64,000 nt of DNA from Myxococcota bacterium (GTDB lineage Bacteria; Myxococcota_A; Bradymonadia; UBA7976; UBA1532), in the NCBI GenBank assembly GCA_036337435.1, contig JAYZEG010000011.1, forward strand, positions 1-64,000, read 5' to 3'. Shown here piece after piece: positions 46,149 to 56,480 of this stretch. Numbering within the stretch: position 1 is the stretch's first letter; each line of letters begins with the position of its first letter. Under the pieces are notes generated by a model. The model was given only the letters and a program-made list of their open reading frames with translations, did not search any database and was not told where the DNA came from. The position numbers and the translations under genes are program-made.

Positions 46149-47305
46149 GTCGTCTTGACGTGTCGGTCTGGTGCATGAATGACGCAGCCCCCGATCATCT
46201 CTCCGTTCCATTTGGCCAACAGTGCCTCACGGAGATTTACCAGTGGGAAGCGATGGGATATGTATGGCCTAATCAGACCTTGTTCCGCCCAGCGACGCAA
46301 GTCACGTTGTCGTGTTCCACGTAACGATGGGTCATGTTTGGTAGAGATCACGGCTGGGCAACCAAGCACATCCAAGCTCTTCATCAGGATCAGATTTGTT
46401 GGAATCCGATTGGCATTCGGAGCGCCTCTGCGGCCACGCCCCCGTGCCACATCAGGGGTCGATGCCCAACCAACGATGAGGAATCGAGCACCAAAGCGAG
46501 TACACCGGATCGCTTCCAGTGAGGTGGGACCCCCCACGCCGTCATAGACGCAGTCAACACCTCGAGACCTTGTCAGTGATTTTACCTCGTTCCTAAATTG
46601 TGTAACCCCTGCGTCTGGACTCCCGTGAGTGCAGATGACGTGGTCAGCACCGAGTTCTTTGAGCTTTTCGACTTTAAGTGGGTTACGAGTCGTGGCTATC
46701 ACCTGTGCGCCCATGCATTTTGCAACTTGAATCGCGGCAATGCCGGTGGCGCCCGACGCACCGAGGATCAGCAGGTGTTCACCGGCTTTGAGCTGGCCGC
46801 GAGTGACCAGGCAATGGTAAGCGGTCTCGTAATTACCTGCAAAATTACAGGCTTCATCGTAGGTCCAGTTATGCGGGATTGGTCGGAGAACCGACGCTGG
46901 AACCACAGCATATGAGGCAAATCCACCGGCATGTTGATACGCGCCATCAGACCGTGGCCCCACGGAAAAACAATCGACGAACACCGGCCGATTCAGCCAT
47001 GTCGAGTTCGAGTCTGACCCGACTGCAATGACATCGCCAGCGAATTCCATGCCCGGTGTGTAGGGCAGCGTTGGCATGTGCTGGTACTGTCCGCTCGTCA
47101 TCAGCAGATCGACCCAACTAAGCCCCGCGCTGCGGATGGCGATCAGCACTTCGTTTTGGGCTAATTCATCTGGGTTGGGTGCAGCCTGCACCTCGATAGA
47201 AAGACTGTCTTTGATTCCTTGGAGAGGTGAGTCCGCTAGAGAAGAGACAAGGGCTTTCAATCCATTTTCTAAAGTCGACATCGGAAAAATCCTCAGATGT
47301 TTCAT
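46145..47305 (-). CDS. NADPH:quinone oxidoreductase family (Zn-independent MDR)
   Basis: GQYQ..P.LPYTPGMEFAG, GGFASY, YETAYHCL, GASGATG, YDGVGG; start moved to ATG 47305. Confidence 0.9.
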   Translation of the reverse strand: MKHLRIFPMSTLENGLKALVSSLADSPLQGIKDSLSIEVQAAPNPDELAQNEVLIAIRSAGLSWVDLLMTSGQYQHMPTLPYTPGMEFAGDVIAVGSDSNSTWLNRPVFVDCFSVGPRSDGAYQHAGGFASYAVVPASVLRPIPHNWTYDEACNFAGNYETAYHCLVTRGQLKAGEHLLILGASGATGIAAIQVAKCMGAQVIATTRNPLKVEKLKELGADHVICTHGSPDAGVTQFRNEVKSLTRSRGVDCVYDGVGGPTSLEAIRCTRFGARFLIVGWASTPDVARGRGRRGAPNANRIPTNLILMKSLDVLGCPAVISTKHDPSLRGTRQRDLRRWAEQGLIRPYISHRFPLVNLREALLAKWNGEMIGGCVIHAPDRHVKTT

Positions 47306-47341
47306 CGGTTTATTTGAGTCTGTCTTGAACGCTTGTGGCAG

Positions 47342-47353
47342 AACGGTACCGTT
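47342..47353. promoter_or_regulatory. Perfect 12-bp palindrome, putative operator
   Basis: AACGGTACCGTT, about 36 nt upstream of the oxidoreductase start. Confidence 0.35.
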
Positions 47354-47743
47354 GCTGAGGTGCTTTGTCATCGGTTCACCGGGCGGGCAGCCTGCCTCAG
47401 GTGCGTCACGTGTCAACGACCCGGGTGACCACACCCCCATTTGAGCCTGTTTCAGCCCGCGTGGGTTGCGTCTGGTCAGCAGGTGAACGCGAGTTTTCCC
47501 TGACCGACAACCATCATCTCATGTCCTTTGGGGCCTTATCTTGAGCCGATGTCGAGATTGGACCTTCAGACGGTTTTTTGATTTTTGATTTGGCGTTTTT
47601 GTCCGATGGGCATTTCGGATATATTGCAATCTGTTTGGGATTAAACTATCGTCCGGTAGTTTTATGCCGTATGGGCGTCGTAGAGACGTTAGGGGACTTG
47701 AACGATGACAAGACCCAAGACCAGTTGACCAGGAGTATGGACC

Positions 47744-50700
47744 GTGACCCGGGGATGCGCTCTTACCGCTTCGTTCGTAATTGTAATGGCTGGGATGCTG
47801 CATGGCTGCTTATCCGACGCAGGCAACGGGTTGGCCGAAGCACCACCCGCCGCAACCACAGTCAAAATGGACTTCGAAGCACGCCCTCTACCGGAGATCC
47901 CACTGCCCAATGATTTGGCGACCATCTACGATGAGAGTGCTGCGACGAAAAGGCGCATTAATGCTTCGATGCTCGCACCGACTGCACTTGAACGGCGCGT
48001 TCGAGAGAAAGTCGATCAATTGGATGGCTGGGGTATCAACCAGCCAATCACCATTCCATTCACTGGACCCATTGGCATTGAATCTGTTCTCGCAGGCCAC
48101 CGAGATGTTGATTATGACCTGACCAACGACGTGATTTATCTCATTGACGTTGATCCAACATCGCCCGAATTCGGCGAGAAAAAATACCTTGATGTCGGCA
48201 ATGGTAATTATCCTTTCGTGGTCGAGGACTTTGACATTTATGGACCCCATGACCCGCGGGGACAAACGCTGACACTTTTGTTTGAGGAAACCAATGAAGA
48301 TATCAACGGCAATGGTCAGCTCGATCCAGGCGAAGATACCGATATGGATGGTGTCTTAGACAAGCCAAACTATTTTCCAGGTTTAAATCCAGCAGCCGAT
48401 GACTTGAGTGGTCGAGCTGATGCGACCATGACCTTCTATGAGCGCGAGACCGACACGCTGATCGTGCGCCCGATGATGCCACTGCGTGAGCGGACCACGT
48501 ATGCTGTTGTGGTGACCCGCCGGCTTCTCGACCAAGACGGACAGCCCGTTGGATCACCGTTCAAGTTCGTAAATCATACCGGGCAAACGGAGGCTTTGAA
48601 GCGTCTGCCTGACGTTCTGGGACCCGAGTTAGACATCGCAGATGTTGCCTTTGCTTGGAGTTTTACGACGCAGACGGTCGAATCGGGCTGGGTCGCTGTG
48701 CGCGAAGGCTTATATGGACATGGCATTCAGGGGCATTTGGGACGAGATTTTCCGCCCAAGCTTGACTTGGCTGAGCTTAGAGATGTGGCCTATTTTGAGG
48801 GCAGCACGAACCCATTCGTTCTCTACACAGAAAACTGGCTGAATGTATTTAAAACATTCGGACCACAATTGTTTAGCTTCGACGAGTCAGATGACCTCTT
48901 TCAGCGCTTGGCAGAGTCACAGCAATACATTGATTATCATGTCATGGGGAGTTTTGATTCGCCTCAATTATTCGAGCGAGATTATACGTCTCACACACCA
49001 CCGGACTGCGCTGCCTTGTGTTCCCATTTAGCCGAGTGCGCAACACAACGTGAGCTCCCTGCTATCGCCGCCGACTGTGACGCACGTTGTGTCGATTGGA
49101 ATCCCGCTCAACGCGCCTGCCGGGCGGACCGCTGTCAAGCTTTCGAGGACTGCGAGGACGAGTTACCCAGGCTCCCTTATGATGCCCAATCATGGCCCGA
49201 GGACCTTCATTCCAAAGCGGCATCAGCACGACGGGAAAAAGTACACTTTTGGATGGCTGTCCCTCGTAAAGAAGTCTCTCCGCGAAAAGATGGCAAACCA
49301 GCCGGTGTTGTCATCGTGAGTCATGGCTACACCCTAAATCGCGTCGACACGATGATTCCCTTTGCTGGTGAACTGGCCCGTCGAGGCAATGCCGTGATCG
49401 CCATCGACTGTGTCTCCCATGGGCCAATTCCCCTTGAACCAGACGTCGAGACCTTGGCTTCGTCACTCCTGGAGGGCTTTGGCTTGGCCCCACTCATTGA
49501 CGTACTCCTGAACACAAGAGCGGCAGATTTGAATCGAGACGGATCCATCGATTCGGGCGCTGATTTTTGGACATCGTATCTGTTTCACACACGTGATGTT
49601 GTGCGCCAATGCAACCTAGACCATATGCAATTGGTCCGTATTTTAAGGTCTTTCGATGGACTCTTGAAAGATGTCGACTTGGATGGTGATGGCGAGCCTG
49701 AATTGGCCGGTGATTTCGATGGCGATGGTGTTGTGGATGTCGGCGGCCCTGACGTATCCATTGGCATGATCGGCACATCTCTCGGCGGCATCATGTCCGC
49801 CATGCTGGCGGGAACTGAACCTGGCTTGACCGCGTCGGTTCCAGTGGCGGGCGGCGGTATTTTGACCGACATTGGCGTTCGCTCGAATCAGGGCGGCGTC
49901 GTCGAAGCTGTTGTGCTTCGTTTGATGTCGTCCATCTTCATTGGGCAGAGAGACGAAGAAGCCGGCACGACCCGCATACAAACTCTGGTGCCCAATCTCA
50001 ATGATCGGTCATTGTTGGAGCTAGGCGATTGGGATGACCTCGCCCCCGGTCATATCGTACTTGCCGTCAATGTCGACAACGACGAGCGGGTGTGCGCACG
50101 TGTGGATGAGGGCGGAAATTTTCGACTTCAACTAGCTACTGATCTCGATGACCGGATTATTCTGTCTGCTTTTGAACAGGAAATTCCTTGTTTGTGCGAT
50201 ACAGACTGCGTCCCCGACGGAGAGACAGCACTGTCGATTTCGGTGTTTGATACATTGGGCACTGACGTGGTTTTCCAGGGCCAGTCTTTTACACAGGGTC
50301 AGCCGCTGCGGGCTTTTGCAGAAGGCTTGGGCCTTCGCAGAGCATCGCCTGCCCTGCGGCGATTTATGGGCCTTGGTCAGCTGGTCCTCGACCCAGCCGA
50401 CCCGGCGTCGGTTGCACCACACTTCACCGAGCGGCCCATGGTCTTTCCCAATGTGGGTGACCAGACGTCAACGCACACCATCGTTGTGACGACCATGGGC
50501 GATATGAACGTGCCTGCCAGTTCAGGTGTGAGTTTGTCCCGTGCAGCCGGTTACGTGAATTTCCTCGACCCCGACACCGACTATGAAGACACGGTCTTCG
50601 CGGGCAGTCCGCCTAACCAAATTCTGATCGATACTTACGTCGCCGAAGCTGTCCATACCCTGGCTCGTTTTGAAGATGTTGATGGAAATCCAGTGCATTA

Positions 50701-51130
50701 TGACGTTGAAAACTTCAGCCAAGGAGAAGACATCTATGCATCTCGCGAGATTCCACGATTGGATCCACCGCTGAGACTGAAGTTAGATGAAACGGACCCA
50801 ACGGGTGGGGTTTCCGGCGCCATGTTCCTTTTTGTTCATCCCTCTGGTTGGCATGGTTTTGCACTCCCAGGAACCGAACGCGCCCAGGCTCTCTCTGCCT
50901 GCCAAGCCACATGCGCGGATGACGATGATCCGTGCCAAGCGAATTGCCTGACCTATGCCGCCGAGGTCTTTGATGGTGGTGATTTTATGTCTGGTATGAT
51001 CGCCAACTACTTTGCCTCAGGTGGGACTAATTTTCGCACCGATGTGTGCTTGGGTAGAGATAATTGTGAAGGTGATAAACCACCAGTTCCACCCGAACGA
51101 GACATTCCCGAAATGTATGAGATGCCCTGA
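47744..51130 (+). CDS. Large lipoprotein alpha/beta Ser-hydrolase (Pla-1/Cef extracellular lipase-like), paralog A
   Basis: GTG start with AGGAG RBS; lipobox LHGC; PEIPLPND..LDGW, VSHGY, IDCVSHG, TRDVVRQ, GTSLGG, GDMNVP, GWHG; DxDxDG loops. Confidence 0.82.
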   Translation: MTRGCALTASFVIVMAGMLHGCLSDAGNGLAEAPPAATTVKMDFEARPLPEIPLPNDLATIYDESAATKRRINASMLAPTALERRVREKVDQLDGWGINQPITIPFTGPIGIESVLAGHRDVDYDLTNDVIYLIDVDPTSPEFGEKKYLDVGNGNYPFVVEDFDIYGPHDPRGQTLTLLFEETNEDINGNGQLDPGEDTDMDGVLDKPNYFPGLNPAADDLSGRADATMTFYERETDTLIVRPMMPLRERTTYAVVVTRRLLDQDGQPVGSPFKFVNHTGQTEALKRLPDVLGPELDIADVAFAWSFTTQTVESGWVAVREGLYGHGIQGHLGRDFPPKLDLAELRDVAYFEGSTNPFVLYTENWLNVFKTFGPQLFSFDESDDLFQRLAESQQYIDYHVMGSFDSPQLFERDYTSHTPPDCAALCSHLAECATQRELPAIAADCDARCVDWNPAQRACRADRCQAFEDCEDELPRLPYDAQSWPEDLHSKAASARREKVHFWMAVPRKEVSPRKDGKPAGVVIVSHGYTLNRVDTMIPFAGELARRGNAVIAIDCVSHGPIPLEPDVETLASSLLEGFGLAPLIDVLLNTRAADLNRDGSIDSGADFWTSYLFHTRDVVRQCNLDHMQLVRILRSFDGLLKDVDLDGDGEPELAGDFDGDGVVDVGGPDVSIGMIGTSLGGIMSAMLAGTEPGLTASVPVAGGGILTDIGVRSNQGGVVEAVVLRLMSSIFIGQRDEEAGTTRIQTLVPNLNDRSLLELGDWDDLAPGHIVLAVNVDNDERVCARVDEGGNFRLQLATDLDDRIILSAFEQEIPCLCDTDCVPDGETALSISVFDTLGTDVVFQGQSFTQGQPLRAFAEGLGLRRASPALRRFMGLGQLVLDPADPASVAPHFTERPMVFPNVGDQTSTHTIVVTTMGDMNVPASSGVSLSRAAGYVNFLDPDTDYEDTVFAGSPPNQILIDTYVAEAVHTLARFEDVDGNPVHYDVENFSQGEDIYASREIPRLDPPLRLKLDETDPTGGVSGAMFLFVHPSGWHGFALPGTERAQALSACQATCADDDDPCQANCLTYAAEVFDGGDFMSGMIANYFASGGTNFRTDVCLGRDNCEGDKPPVPPERDIPEMYEMP

Positions 51131-51186
51131 AAAAAACTTCAAAAAGACCGTTCAAAGGTGACCGTCAGTCGATACAGCGAGACGAT

Positions 51187-52695
51187 ATGAAACGAATACA
51201 CGCACTCTGCATAGCCCTCTTATTGGTTTGGCCACAGGTCTCTTTCGCCGAAGAACGTGATGCGAACGATCCCTGGCAGGGGCATCTTAGCCTCGAGAGC
51301 GTTCACCAAACGATGGGACCAATTGTTGCCGATGATACAGGGATCCAAGCTGAGTCTGATCGTTGGCTGAGTACGCGTATCATGCTCTCGACTCAGTATC
51401 GTCCCACAAGGAATATTACGCTCCTCGCGGAGGGAGAGCTGCGCGTGTATCGGGCCTTTGATCAAGGCATGGAATTCGGCCTCGACTACGGACACGACAC
51501 CTTTGAATTCGGTCGGCATCAAGATGCGCGAGCAGCCTATTGGATCCCTCGGCAGTTAAGCGTCGAATGGGTTACATCCATCGGACTGTTTCGTTGTGGA
51601 CACCAAAGTGCACACTGTGGAACAGGTTTGCTGGTTCACGATGGCAAGGCAACGCGAATATTTGGCGACGGCTGGACTGGAAATCGTGTTGAGCGATGTG
51701 TTTATGGCGCCAAGGTTGGTGACAATTTGACGTTCTTCGCAGGCGGCGATTATGTTTTTCGAGATGATAATGCTGAACATCTGGAAGGAGACAGAGCGTT
51801 TGGTTGGACACTCGGTTTACGCTACCTCATCACTCAGACCCCATCAAAAGCCAAGCAAAGTGTGGTCTCGCTCTTGTTTGCCCAGCGGTTCCAGGAAGAT
51901 CGGCTTGATCCCAGGCAGCCAGATGGCAAACGGACACAGCTGGATGTCAATTCAATCGATTTTTATCTGAAGTGGGTCTTTCCGTTGACGTCCGGTGCGT
52001 CGTTTCTTCTGGAGTCTGAAATGGCTCTCCTCTTTGGGGAGACGACGCGTCCCTACTTAGAGGAGACATTTGAAGACGGTGCGGAGGTGCTCGCCGCCGG
52101 TGGGGTCATGCGACTCGGCTATCAAGGATCGGGTATCAATGCCACATTAGAGGCCGGGTTCGCATCCGGTGACAATGACCCGCAGGATGCGACCATTCGG
52201 CAATTTACGTTTAATCGTTCGTACACCGTAGGCTTGATTCTGTTCGAGCATGTTCTGCCGGTGGTGACAGCGCGCTCCGTTGATCGCGTAACCGATCCGG
52301 GACTCCTGGACGTGCCACCATCCGGACTTCGGTATACGGTCAATCAGGGCGCAGTGCGCAATGCGCTGTTCCTGTACCCGACATTGTCTTGGAGGCCCGA
52401 TGACCGTTGGTCACTGCGATTTGCCTACCTATTTGCTCAGCGGGCGTCTGATGCGCTGGATGTATATCAATCGGCAATAAATGGCGGTTACAATACATCT
52501 TTGGGAGGTGAACAGCCCGGTGGTCGCATCTTGGGTCAAGAGGTCGACCTTGGCGTCGACTTTGAGCATCGACTCGGTTCACTTGCATACCGCTTGAGTG
52601 TCGATGGAGGCGTCTTCCTCGCAGGCGATGCCTTCTCCGGTCTCATCAATGACCCTGTGTACACGACACGCGTGTCAGTGGGCATCCAATGGTAA
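51187..52695 (+). CDS. Outer-membrane beta-barrel protein (alginate-export-like)
   Basis: Signal peptide ending SFA; amphipathic strands; GFASGD, LGQEVDL motifs; terminal strand TRVSVGIQW ending in aromatic W. Confidence 0.75.
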   Translation: MKRIHALCIALLLVWPQVSFAEERDANDPWQGHLSLESVHQTMGPIVADDTGIQAESDRWLSTRIMLSTQYRPTRNITLLAEGELRVYRAFDQGMEFGLDYGHDTFEFGRHQDARAAYWIPRQLSVEWVTSIGLFRCGHQSAHCGTGLLVHDGKATRIFGDGWTGNRVERCVYGAKVGDNLTFFAGGDYVFRDDNAEHLEGDRAFGWTLGLRYLITQTPSKAKQSVVSLLFAQRFQEDRLDPRQPDGKRTQLDVNSIDFYLKWVFPLTSGASFLLESEMALLFGETTRPYLEETFEDGAEVLAAGGVMRLGYQGSGINATLEAGFASGDNDPQDATIRQFTFNRSYTVGLILFEHVLPVVTARSVDRVTDPGLLDVPPSGLRYTVNQGAVRNALFLYPTLSWRPDDRWSLRFAYLFAQRASDALDVYQSAINGGYNTSLGGEQPGGRILGQEVDLGVDFEHRLGSLAYRLSVDGGVFLAGDAFSGLINDPVYTTRVSVGIQW

Positions 52696-52706
52696 TGGGA
52701 GCCATT

Positions 52707-55700
52707 ATGAAGTTGTTTTATCTGTTGGGACTACTCGTCCTGAGCTTTGGCTGTGGCGACGTGAGTTTTCTGAGCGGAGAAAGAAGCGTTGGTTTGAGCA
52801 AAACAACTCAGGCTGGCGGACCCGTGGTCATTTATGATGTTCTCGCGAAGCCGTTACCGGAAATCCCACTGCCGAATGACCAAGCGACCCGACTGGATCC
52901 AAACTCCATTACCGGACGCCGTCTCAACGTCAGTCAGGATGCACCGACCGCTTATGAACGGCGGGCCAGAGCTGAATTTAATAGCATGGATGGCTTCGGC
53001 ACATACAGCCCCATTACCGTCAGTTTCGATTCGAAGTTAGACATTGTCAAACTCCAGGAGAGACACCTGGACACAGACTTCACAAACGATGCTGTCTATG
53101 TCTTGAACGTCAGTCCTGAATGCCAACGCTTCGGCGAAGAAGTTGGGCTGGACATGGGGCGAGGACGCTTCCCGATTACTCTGTTTAAACGCGAGCGAAT
53201 GAAATTCGACCCCGATGCACCTCATGGCTTTATCATGCAGGGCGGAAACCTATTATTCGACTTTGACAATCAAGGCTTCCTCAACAATTTAATGTACGCG
53301 GAGCTCAATGAACCGGACACCAATGGTGATGGTGTTCTTCAGGTTGATGAGGACCTCGATCAAGACGGTGTAAGAGACAGAGCCAATTTCATTAATCCTG
53401 GCGCGTGTGATTCGAACACGCCCTTTGCGTGCGCTGAGACATGTTCTGACGACAGCTGTTTTCAGGCCTGTCTCTTGGAGCACGACCGCTGTGTAGCGGA
53501 TAATTTAATCAACTTCTATGAATACGAGACGAACACGCTTGTGCTGCGACCGATTTGGCCGCTCGAACAGAAATGCACCTATGCGGTTGTCTTGACCAAG
53601 CGGTTGACAGACGAAGATGACAGACCCGTTGAGTCCCCATTCCCAGGAGTCAACCCTCGGAACCAAACTCAGGCTCTCGAGCCCTTGGCAGGTCTCCTTC
53701 CCAAATACGGATTAGGCCTATCAGATATTGCCTTTGCTTGGACATTTACAACGGGGGACATGACAGGTGACATAGAGGCCATTCGCGCTGGACTCTATGG
53801 CAGCGGTCCATTCGCCCAGTTACAAGCCGATTTCCCAACGGAGACATCCATGACCCTCTGGCCCCTAAACGACTTAACCGAGCTGGAGTATTCTGGGACG
53901 ATGATGGATGGTGCATGCGGAGGTGGCGCGGTCAGTCTCTACTGGAATATCGGTATGGGAGAGTGGGAAGCAAACCTCTGTGCGTTAGAAGCCGACTTAA
54001 GTGGGATGTCCGGTATTTTTGGTGGGACATTTGATGCACCCTATCTCCTGAACGACAAAGATGGTCATGCCACTGAGACCTATCCCGCTGACAACGACGA
54101 AGTATGGCGGATAGACCCCCATAACGGCACCATTGAATACGGGCGCGCTGAGGTCTCATTCTGGTGTAGCCTGCCCATTGAAGCCGATGATTGCCAATCG
54201 GGAAATCCAGAAAATAAGCCGTTTTGTAAACCCTTCCCAACCATTCTTTATGCTCATGGTTATGGCGGAAGTCGTGCTGAAATTGCCAGCCACATGGGTC
54301 GGCACAATTCCATGGGCTACGCCATCTGCGCATTGGATGGACCCGGGCATGGCGGAAACGCGTTAATTCTGAATCCAGATGCCGCCGCCACCTTCGCTGC
54401 AGGCATTGGCTTTTTTGAACAATATTATTCGACGCCGCTCATCGGGATGCTGACTAGAGGACGGGACCGAGACCTCAATAACGATGGGATTCCAGACCCC
54501 GGTGGTGACATGTGGACATCCGACTTGTTCCACACCCGCGACATGGTTCGACAGGCTGCGGTAGAATATATCCAATTCATTCGCATTCTCAGGTCATTTG
54601 GCGAGGGCGGTAATTTGGGGGATTTTACCGGGGATGGAAAAACGGACATTGGTGGACGTGACGGGACCATAGGCATGTGGGGTATTTCTCTCGGTGGCGT
54701 CATTTCAGGTGTCATGGCCGGTGCTGAACCGGGTCTCGACAGCGTGTCTCCGAACGCCGGTGGGGCCGGCCTTTCGGACATCGCGTCTCGCGCCTCTCAG
54801 TCCGGCGTTCCGGAGGCTGTTCTTCTCCCGATTGTTGGGCCATTGATCGCGGGTTGTCTGCCGGTTGACGAACACCAACAACCCTTGGCAGCAGACGTTG
54901 CCACGGAGGCTGATTGTCTCGGCGTTGGTGCGTCAGCAGGTCAGGGCGGCACAATGACCTTCGGTTTTATGGCCAACGACGTTGCCCGGCTGCGCAAGGT
55001 GAAGATCGGTCAGGTTTCTGGTGTGAAACCAGGTGATCGAATCGTCATCAGGAATCTGGTTAATGACGAACATGTCGCGGGTTGGGTGAACGAGCGTGGA
55101 CGAGTCAGACTCGGCATTCCTGCTGATGCGATAGACGCGGTCTCGAGACGGTCCTTGTTGGGATTCGAGGACGGTTCCACCGAGCCACGTCGAGCTGACG
55201 ACCCGACCCAGCTTGGTGATGCGCTTACCATTACAGTTTACGAGGGCGATACGGAGACGGTTCGAGGTGTTGTTGACACCTGGCAGACCGATGTGACGTT
55301 TCAAGGCACCATATACACGGAAGGGACACCCTTGGTCGCTCTGTACGAAGGGTATGGTCTGCCGCGAAATTCGCCACGGTTTAGACGTTTTCTCGGTCTG
55401 GCTCAATCAGGGATTAGTAAAGCCGATCCAGCCATCTGGGGTGTTCACACATTCATGGAACCACTTCAGTTTCCTTATGATCCCAACGGCCGTACACGAG
55501 GCGGTGATACAAAAGTGCTGATGATGCCCACTGCAGGAGATAAGAATGTTCCGGCCAGTGCTGGCATTGCCATGGGGCGGGTCTCTGGTGTCCTCGGATC
55601 ATGGAAACATGATCCGTCCATTCCCAAGGAGCATGGCTGGCGTGAGATCTTCAAGCCTGACCCCCGGTATGGAAAGTCTCCCGATGAGCACTTGATCGAT

Positions 55701-56366
55701 GTATACGCCATCGAAGGAGACGGGAGACTACAGCGTTATTCCGATAATCCCAACAACCCGAATGTCATTTTTGATGTTGATAATGTCAGTGATGGGCGGG
55801 CCTTGTTCTCATGTGGAGACAGTGATTGGAGTGGCCGGAATGGAGAGAATAAATGTCCTGCAGCAGTCAAAGGGTCTGGTCCGGATTGCGCTGCGGATAC
55901 CGATTGCGAAGCCGATGGCGCACGCTGTATCAACGGGTTGTGTGAAGTGTTTTTTCCAATCCCGCGTCCAGAAAGTGGTGGACTTCGCCTGAATTGGGCT
56001 CATCCCGATGGTCGCTTCAATGCCTTTCGACTGCCTCTTCTGCGACCGGCGGGCCAGCATGGGATCTACAACGCCCAATCCTTTCGTGAATTTGATGCAG
56101 ATGCGTACATGGTTAATTTCACAATTCGCTTTCTAGGGACGCGCGGAGCGAAAGTCGATCATGTTGACGGCTGCGATTGCAGCGCGTCAGCACTCCCCAA
56201 TATTACTGTTGATGGACGAGCTGTAAATCCAGCCCTCTTTCTCAAACGCACTGACCAAGTTGATCAGTCGTGTCAAACCTCGGATTTGAAAGTGTGTTCG
56301 TCTGAATGTGCAGCGATTTGGGGGATTAAGACGCCGGTTGAGTCCGCTTGCATCATGCCCAATTAA
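52707..56366 (+). CDS. Large lipoprotein alpha/beta Ser-hydrolase, paralog B
   Basis: ATG 52707 with GGGAG RBS; lipobox SFGC; PEIPLPND..MDGF, YAHGY, LDGPGHG, TRDMVRQ, GISLGG, GDKNVP, GQHG. Confidence 0.82.
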   Translation: MKLFYLLGLLVLSFGCGDVSFLSGERSVGLSKTTQAGGPVVIYDVLAKPLPEIPLPNDQATRLDPNSITGRRLNVSQDAPTAYERRARAEFNSMDGFGTYSPITVSFDSKLDIVKLQERHLDTDFTNDAVYVLNVSPECQRFGEEVGLDMGRGRFPITLFKRERMKFDPDAPHGFIMQGGNLLFDFDNQGFLNNLMYAELNEPDTNGDGVLQVDEDLDQDGVRDRANFINPGACDSNTPFACAETCSDDSCFQACLLEHDRCVADNLINFYEYETNTLVLRPIWPLEQKCTYAVVLTKRLTDEDDRPVESPFPGVNPRNQTQALEPLAGLLPKYGLGLSDIAFAWTFTTGDMTGDIEAIRAGLYGSGPFAQLQADFPTETSMTLWPLNDLTELEYSGTMMDGACGGGAVSLYWNIGMGEWEANLCALEADLSGMSGIFGGTFDAPYLLNDKDGHATETYPADNDEVWRIDPHNGTIEYGRAEVSFWCSLPIEADDCQSGNPENKPFCKPFPTILYAHGYGGSRAEIASHMGRHNSMGYAICALDGPGHGGNALILNPDAAATFAAGIGFFEQYYSTPLIGMLTRGRDRDLNNDGIPDPGGDMWTSDLFHTRDMVRQAAVEYIQFIRILRSFGEGGNLGDFTGDGKTDIGGRDGTIGMWGISLGGVISGVMAGAEPGLDSVSPNAGGAGLSDIASRASQSGVPEAVLLPIVGPLIAGCLPVDEHQQPLAADVATEADCLGVGASAGQGGTMTFGFMANDVARLRKVKIGQVSGVKPGDRIVIRNLVNDEHVAGWVNERGRVRLGIPADAIDAVSRRSLLGFEDGSTEPRRADDPTQLGDALTITVYEGDTETVRGVVDTWQTDVTFQGTIYTEGTPLVALYEGYGLPRNSPRFRRFLGLAQSGISKADPAIWGVHTFMEPLQFPYDPNGRTRGGDTKVLMMPTAGDKNVPASAGIAMGRVSGVLGSWKHDPSIPKEHGWREIFKPDPRYGKSPDEHLIDVYAIEGDGRLQRYSDNPNNPNVIFDVDNVSDGRALFSCGDSDWSGRNGENKCPAAVKGSGPDCAADTDCEADGARCINGLCEVFFPIPRPESGGLRLNWAHPDGRFNAFRLPLLRPAGQHGIYNAQSFREFDADAYMVNFTIRFLGTRGAKVDHVDGCDCSASALPNITVDGRAVNPALFLKRTDQVDQSCQTSDLKVCSSECAAIWGIKTPVESACIMPN

Positions 56367-56480
56367 GACATCCTTTGACCGGCTGAACGTGTCCGTCTAA
56401 ACTCTGTTGAGGCGATCTGAGTTAACCGCTCAACTAAATGCGTGTAACGAGATGAGTCCGTTAGTCGAATAGGGGTCGTT

